Shown here piece by piece: positions 59,576 to 64,000 of a stretch of DNA of 64,000 bases. Under the pieces are notes generated by a model that saw nothing but the letters and a program-made list of their open reading frames with translations, did not search any database and was not told where the DNA came from. The translations under genes and the position numbers were made by a program. This stretch comes from Macrostomum lignano (Eukaryota), in the NCBI GenBank assembly GCA_002269645.1, contig NIVC01000109.1:1-64000 (forward strand), in the 5' to 3' direction. Within the stretch, counting starts at the first letter, position 1; each line of letters begins with the position of its first letter.

Positions 59576-60479
59576 GTAAGCCTGACTCACTGGCGGACTG
59601 CACACCCAGTGTGTGCGAAGTGTCAAGCGCAGTCCCACCGCTGCAGCTGTGTCGGCACTTCAAAGCCGCCCCGTGCATCCGCAGCCCCACTGTAAAAGTT
59701 TCCAGAATCAGAGAGCTATTGAAGGTCGCCCTCTGCAATGCGAACGCCCACCTGTGCTGCTCACTTCCCATATCAGGTGCAAGCTCAAATATTTATCTCA
59801 ATCGAACTCTTACCGAACTCAAATACAAGAGATCACTGCCGTTTCTGATGCTGCAGTTTGATGCAGCAGGTGCTCTGCAGTTTCCTGGCAGCCGAGCTTG
59901 AGTCATCACTTTCTCATTGAGCTTGAGCTGAGACAAGTCTTCCACAAAGCATCCGCTCTGATATCGCCTGCAGAAGTCAGCTGGAGAGCAGCCAGAGCTG
60001 CTGTCTCTGTTACGCTGAAAGCAGTCTCTTTTCTCAATTTCAAGCAGCACAAAGTTCATCATCTTGTCAGTCTGATTGGCCACGAACTTCCTTAGCAGCA
60101 CATACTGCGCCATCTGCAATGCGATGCTGCAGCACTGGGAATTCCTATATTGAAAGAGCTGCAGCAACTGCGTGATGTAGTGACTGACGCCAGAGACAGA
60201 AGTTAAGCTGAACCAAACGTATACGGCCCCGACTTGGGCGTGGGGCACGAATATATATTTGAGCTCAAAGCTCTGTAATCGATTGCTCTAGAGTAAGTGT
60301 ACATCTGCGATGCAATGCACACAGGAGTTAAAATCAACGTGCCGAGAAGGGGGGCGCAGAGTACAACATCTTTCCCCTTTCGCGGAGATTAACGAAGTAA
60401 AATCGGATTTAAGAAAATAAATGTCATGCGCAAAAAAGGTTTATAGGTTAGTACATCAGTTTTGCACGAAAAAAATCAG

Positions 60480-63400
60480 TTCCTATAATCGGTTTGCTTT
60501 AGTTTGCAGCTTCTTGGATGCGGACGGTTTTCGATTGGCAGCTCCCCCGCACCGGCTTCGGCCGGCGGCTTCGCGGGTGCTGGAGGGGCCGTCGGGTCGC
60601 CTTCTGGACCGCCGGTCTTGTCTGGTCCGTCTCCTGTTGGCCGCTCTGGCAGTCGCTTGACGTCGCTGACGTGGCGCATGCAGTTGCTGCCACCCGTGCT
60701 CTCCAGGATGATAGAGTCGCCTTTGACTTCCGTGACCGTCAAGGGCTGAATTTCAAATGGCGTGTCCGTTTTCGATGGCTGGATCTTTCTGAGGAGGACT
60801 TTATCGCCAGCTTGGATGCGATGCTCTGCGGCGGATCTTGTCGCATCGGCGTACTGCTTCATGACGGCCTTGTACTGACGGTCTCTGTTTTTTTATTAGA
60901 GGCAGGTGGGTTGTGTGCACCCTGGCGCACTTTAAGCGACATTGTCGCACAACCGGCGAGAGGCATTGCTGCCCATTCCGCCGACTCCCCTGAGCAGGCA
61001 TACAAGCGCGCGGATACGTACGCAGGCACACACTCACACAGGAGTGTACAGCGGCCCTTTATTTTAACTTTATTTATTGTTAGGCATGTACACTTCACTG
61101 CGCCTTGGGCGGTTGGCTCTCAAGGCCGTTAATTGCACGAGCAGAGCCAAGCCGAGATTCCAATTCAGCCCCAAATTAATGTGACTGCACTTGGAATCGA
61201 GCCTGGGTCGCTGGCACACCAGAGCAGCTGCGCTACCGCTGGGCTACGGCCCCGACGGTCTCTGTTCCTGACCGTCTTTGCTGGAGCCTGCGGCTTGACT
61301 CCTGGAATGCAGTCTTGGACTGGTCTACCGAACATCAGGTCGGCTGGAGCGAATCCTGTGGCCGTGTGCGGAGTGCTGCGGTACGCGGCGAGCCACTCCT
61401 GTAATGCCATCCTCCAGTTGGTTCTTTGGGCATTGGAGATGCGGAGCCCATTGGCCTTGGGATGGTACGGTGTGTTGCGCCGGTGGCTGATTCCGTGGCT
61501 TGTGACGAAACTCCTGAAGGCTTCTGAGATGAATGTCGGACCGTTGTCCGTTACGATCCGCTGGGGAATCCCGAAGGTCACGAAGACCTTCTGTAACTGT
61601 CTGGTGGTGCGGTCAGCTGTGATCAACTTCATCGCCACGACGATGGGGTAGCGCGAGTAGTGGTCTACGATCACCAGGAAATGCCGGCCGTTGGCAGGTC
61701 CAAGAAAGTCGATGCCTTTGGTGGACCAGGCAGACTCCAGCAGCTCAGTCGGTTGCAGTGGGGCTGCCGGAACTTCCGCTTGATGGTTGGTGGCCGCACA
61801 TTCTAGGCACTGTGCCACCAGTTGCTTGGCCTCAGCTGACATTCCGGGCCACCAGACCTTGGAGCTGAGTCGGCGCAGTGTTTTGGTCTCGCCTTGATGT
61901 CCTTGGTGAGCCAGCTGGTGGACAGCGGGCCGCTGGGCTTTTGGGATTACCAATCTTTGGTCTCGCAGCAGAACGTCAGAAGCCTCGGTCAACTCGTGCC
62001 TGGCGGCGTGCAGTCGTCGGATGCTGTCGTCCCGCAGATCCCAATTGCCTGTTCTCAATGATGACAGCACAGTCGATAGAATGGAATCACGGGCCGTGGC
62101 TTCCCGGACTTGCTGCAGGGACAGGCCTCTCTCGTGGTCGCAGCTTGCGTGATGCTGCCGATGAATTTTGAGTCCAGGATCTCGCCGATGTTGATCGATG
62201 TCGGAGCGGGCTCTGGCTGCCGGCTGAGGATGTCGCTCGGGTTGAATGGGCCTGGCTGATAGATGACGCTGAACTGCATGTCCTGGATGCTGAGCGCCCT
62301 GCGTTCGATGCGTGGAGGTGGGCGCGAGCCGGGCTTCAGCATGAAGGTCAGTGGTTTGTGGTCGGTGACGACAGTGAAGTTGGCGGCGCCGCTGAGATAG
62401 TGTCGAAATTTCAGGCAGCCGAACTTGATTGCGAGAGCCTTCCGTTCCGTCTGTGAATACCTCGACTCGACTGCCGATAGGGCTCTGCTTGCGAATGCTT
62501 GGATGAGCCGTCGGACTGAATCTGGCAGAGAATGGCGCCGAGTCCGATGGGGCTGGCGTCGATAACGAGTTCGGTGTGCCGGTGCTTGTCAAAGAAGACC
62601 ATTGTGCTGTCAACCGCGATGCGATCTCGGACTTCTTGAAAAGCCTTGGCCTGCTGCTCGCCCCACTGCCAGCTTGCACTCTTCTTGGTCAGGTCCCGCA
62701 ACGGCCTCGTCATGTCTGCTAGGCCTGGCATGAAGCAACTGACAAATTCGTAACCAGACTGAGGAAGGAGCGGAATTCGGAGGCGTTCATTGGCTCTTTG
62801 AGCTTTTGATCGCAGACACCTTGGCTTCAGCTGGCTGGATCCCTTTTGCCGACAGTCGCATGGCCAGGAAGTTGACCTCCGGCACCGCAAATTTGCACTT
62901 GGACGGTTTGAGAGTTAGGCCGTGTCCCTGAAGGTGTTGAAGGCAGCTGGCTAGGCGACTGTTGTGCTCCTGGATGTCGCGGGCATACACGATAATGTCG
63001 TCGTGCACCCATCTCACTCCTGGCAGGCCGCTGAGTACTGTAGACATCACACGCTGTAAGATTTCTGCTGAAGCCGACGTGAAGCCAATACAGGGGCGCG
63101 TGAGTCTCATTAGGCCCAGTGGTGTCGAGAAGGTCAGAAACTTGCGTGATTCCTGATCGACCTTGATTTGGTGAAAGGCTTTGTTGATGTCTAGCTCCGA
63201 GAAAAATTGCGAGCCGGCCATTTCGTCGGTGACTTCTTCAAAGGTCGGAATCGGCTGCTTCTCCGGCATCACGTATTGATTGAGGTCTCTAAGGTCTTGG
63301 GTGATTAGCACCTGGTTCGAAGTGCTTTTTGGCACCACTACCATTCTAGCGACCCATTCGGAAGGCTTAGATACTCGCTCGATGATGCCTTCGCTGAGCT

Positions 63401-64000
63401 GGGCGTCGAGCTTCGAATCAGGCTTCGTCGGGCGTCCTTCATGGCTGCGTCTCGTAGGTGGATTGGCACTCGACTAGGCGGGTGGCACACTGGGATGGCG
63501 TTGTCCTTGAGTCGGATGCTCACTTCGACTTCCTTGACGCAGCCAACTCCTTGGAAGAGCGCGGGTGCTTTTTGAGGATGTTGTCAAGCTGAAGGTTTGC
63601 TGGAAGGTTAGCCGAGTTGGCCTCCGGACTCGAGGACTCCATTGCCATTGCCTTTGCTTTGCTGGCACTCCCGATGCTGTTGATGTGGGTTTCCGGTGCC
63701 GGACCCACTCGTAGTGCACCGAACTTCTCGCTCATTGCCCTTTCGAGAATGGTGACGCCCGAGTCTTGCACTTCTGGGAAGTCCACTACCTCCTCGAGAC
63801 CGCTGATTTTGACAAGGAGCTCAGCTCTGCCGGTGGTTGCCAGTGGTGTCTTCGAGCCGAACGGGTACAGCTGCCGTGCTGATCGAAGCAGTGGCGTTTT
63901 GGCTGTTTTGAGATCTTGAAAAGTAGCCATAACGATGACGTTGCAGCTGGCGCCACTATCGATAAGCGCCTCGACCGGCTTACCGTTGATAGAGATGCTC
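60480..64000 (-). mobile_element. Degenerate Gypsy (Mag/K02A2.6-like) pol: protease, RT, RNase H, integrase; frameshifted; continues past the right edge
   Basis: VEALIDSGASCNVI; ELDINKAFHQI; WVHDDIIVY; ELVIDASPIGLGAIL; HQGHQG...CLEC; GIDFLGP; VTDNGPTF. Split across several frames. Confidence 0.92.
60890..61253 (-). mobile_element. Full-length SINE family B copy inserted in the Gypsy integrase
   Basis: A-box TAGCCCAGCGG, B-box GCTCGATTCC, A-rich tail, 13-bp TSD GACGGTCTCTGTT (60877-60889 and 61254-61266). Confidence 0.9.

Larger units (their letters stand above)
55848..60170 (-). pseudogene. Paralog (copy 2) of the lectin/Ig receptor; 5'-truncated or rearranged, possibly pseudogenised
   Basis: High similarity to 44489-48880; TAG in the FTP-domain frame near 60145; homology ends at about 60170; one GT donor changed to GC; an exon duplicated with a foreign insert. 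Confidence 0.65.

Noticed and set aside
61200-61253. tRNA-like heads here and at about 31905 and 23660 as tRNA genes
   Set aside because: A/B boxes run into shared SINE bodies with tails and TSDs; no complete cloverleaf seen.

Overview
Eukaryotic (metazoan) genomic DNA with GT-AG introns, GC-rich exons and introns packed with minisatellites. The style resembles a repeat-rich flatworm such as Macrostomum, but that is inference. Host genes: PDCD4, an intronless divergent ITPA/HAM1, two tandem Ly6/uPAR GPI-anchored genes, DRC1 head-to-head with a bestrophin, and a duplicated F-type-lectin/Ig receptor with ITIM/ITSM-like tail motifs. Many transposon copies and remnants are present (Gypsy, mariner, hAT MITE, LINE fragments, two tRNA-derived SINE families). 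The standout is at the left edge and is absent from the supplied ORF track, probably because it runs off the window. It is a Ty3/Gypsy LTR element whose single uninterrupted minus-strand ORF (ATG 5318 to <1, at least 1772 codons, translated by hand) reads Gag - acidic spacer - internal signal peptide - herpesvirus gB-like class III fusion glycoprotein (furin site, TM) - tail with LYPSI/PTAP/PPNY late-domain motifs - aspartic protease - degenerate dUTPase-like segment - reverse transcriptase. This looks like an enveloped retroelement with env placed between gag and pol in one polyprotein.
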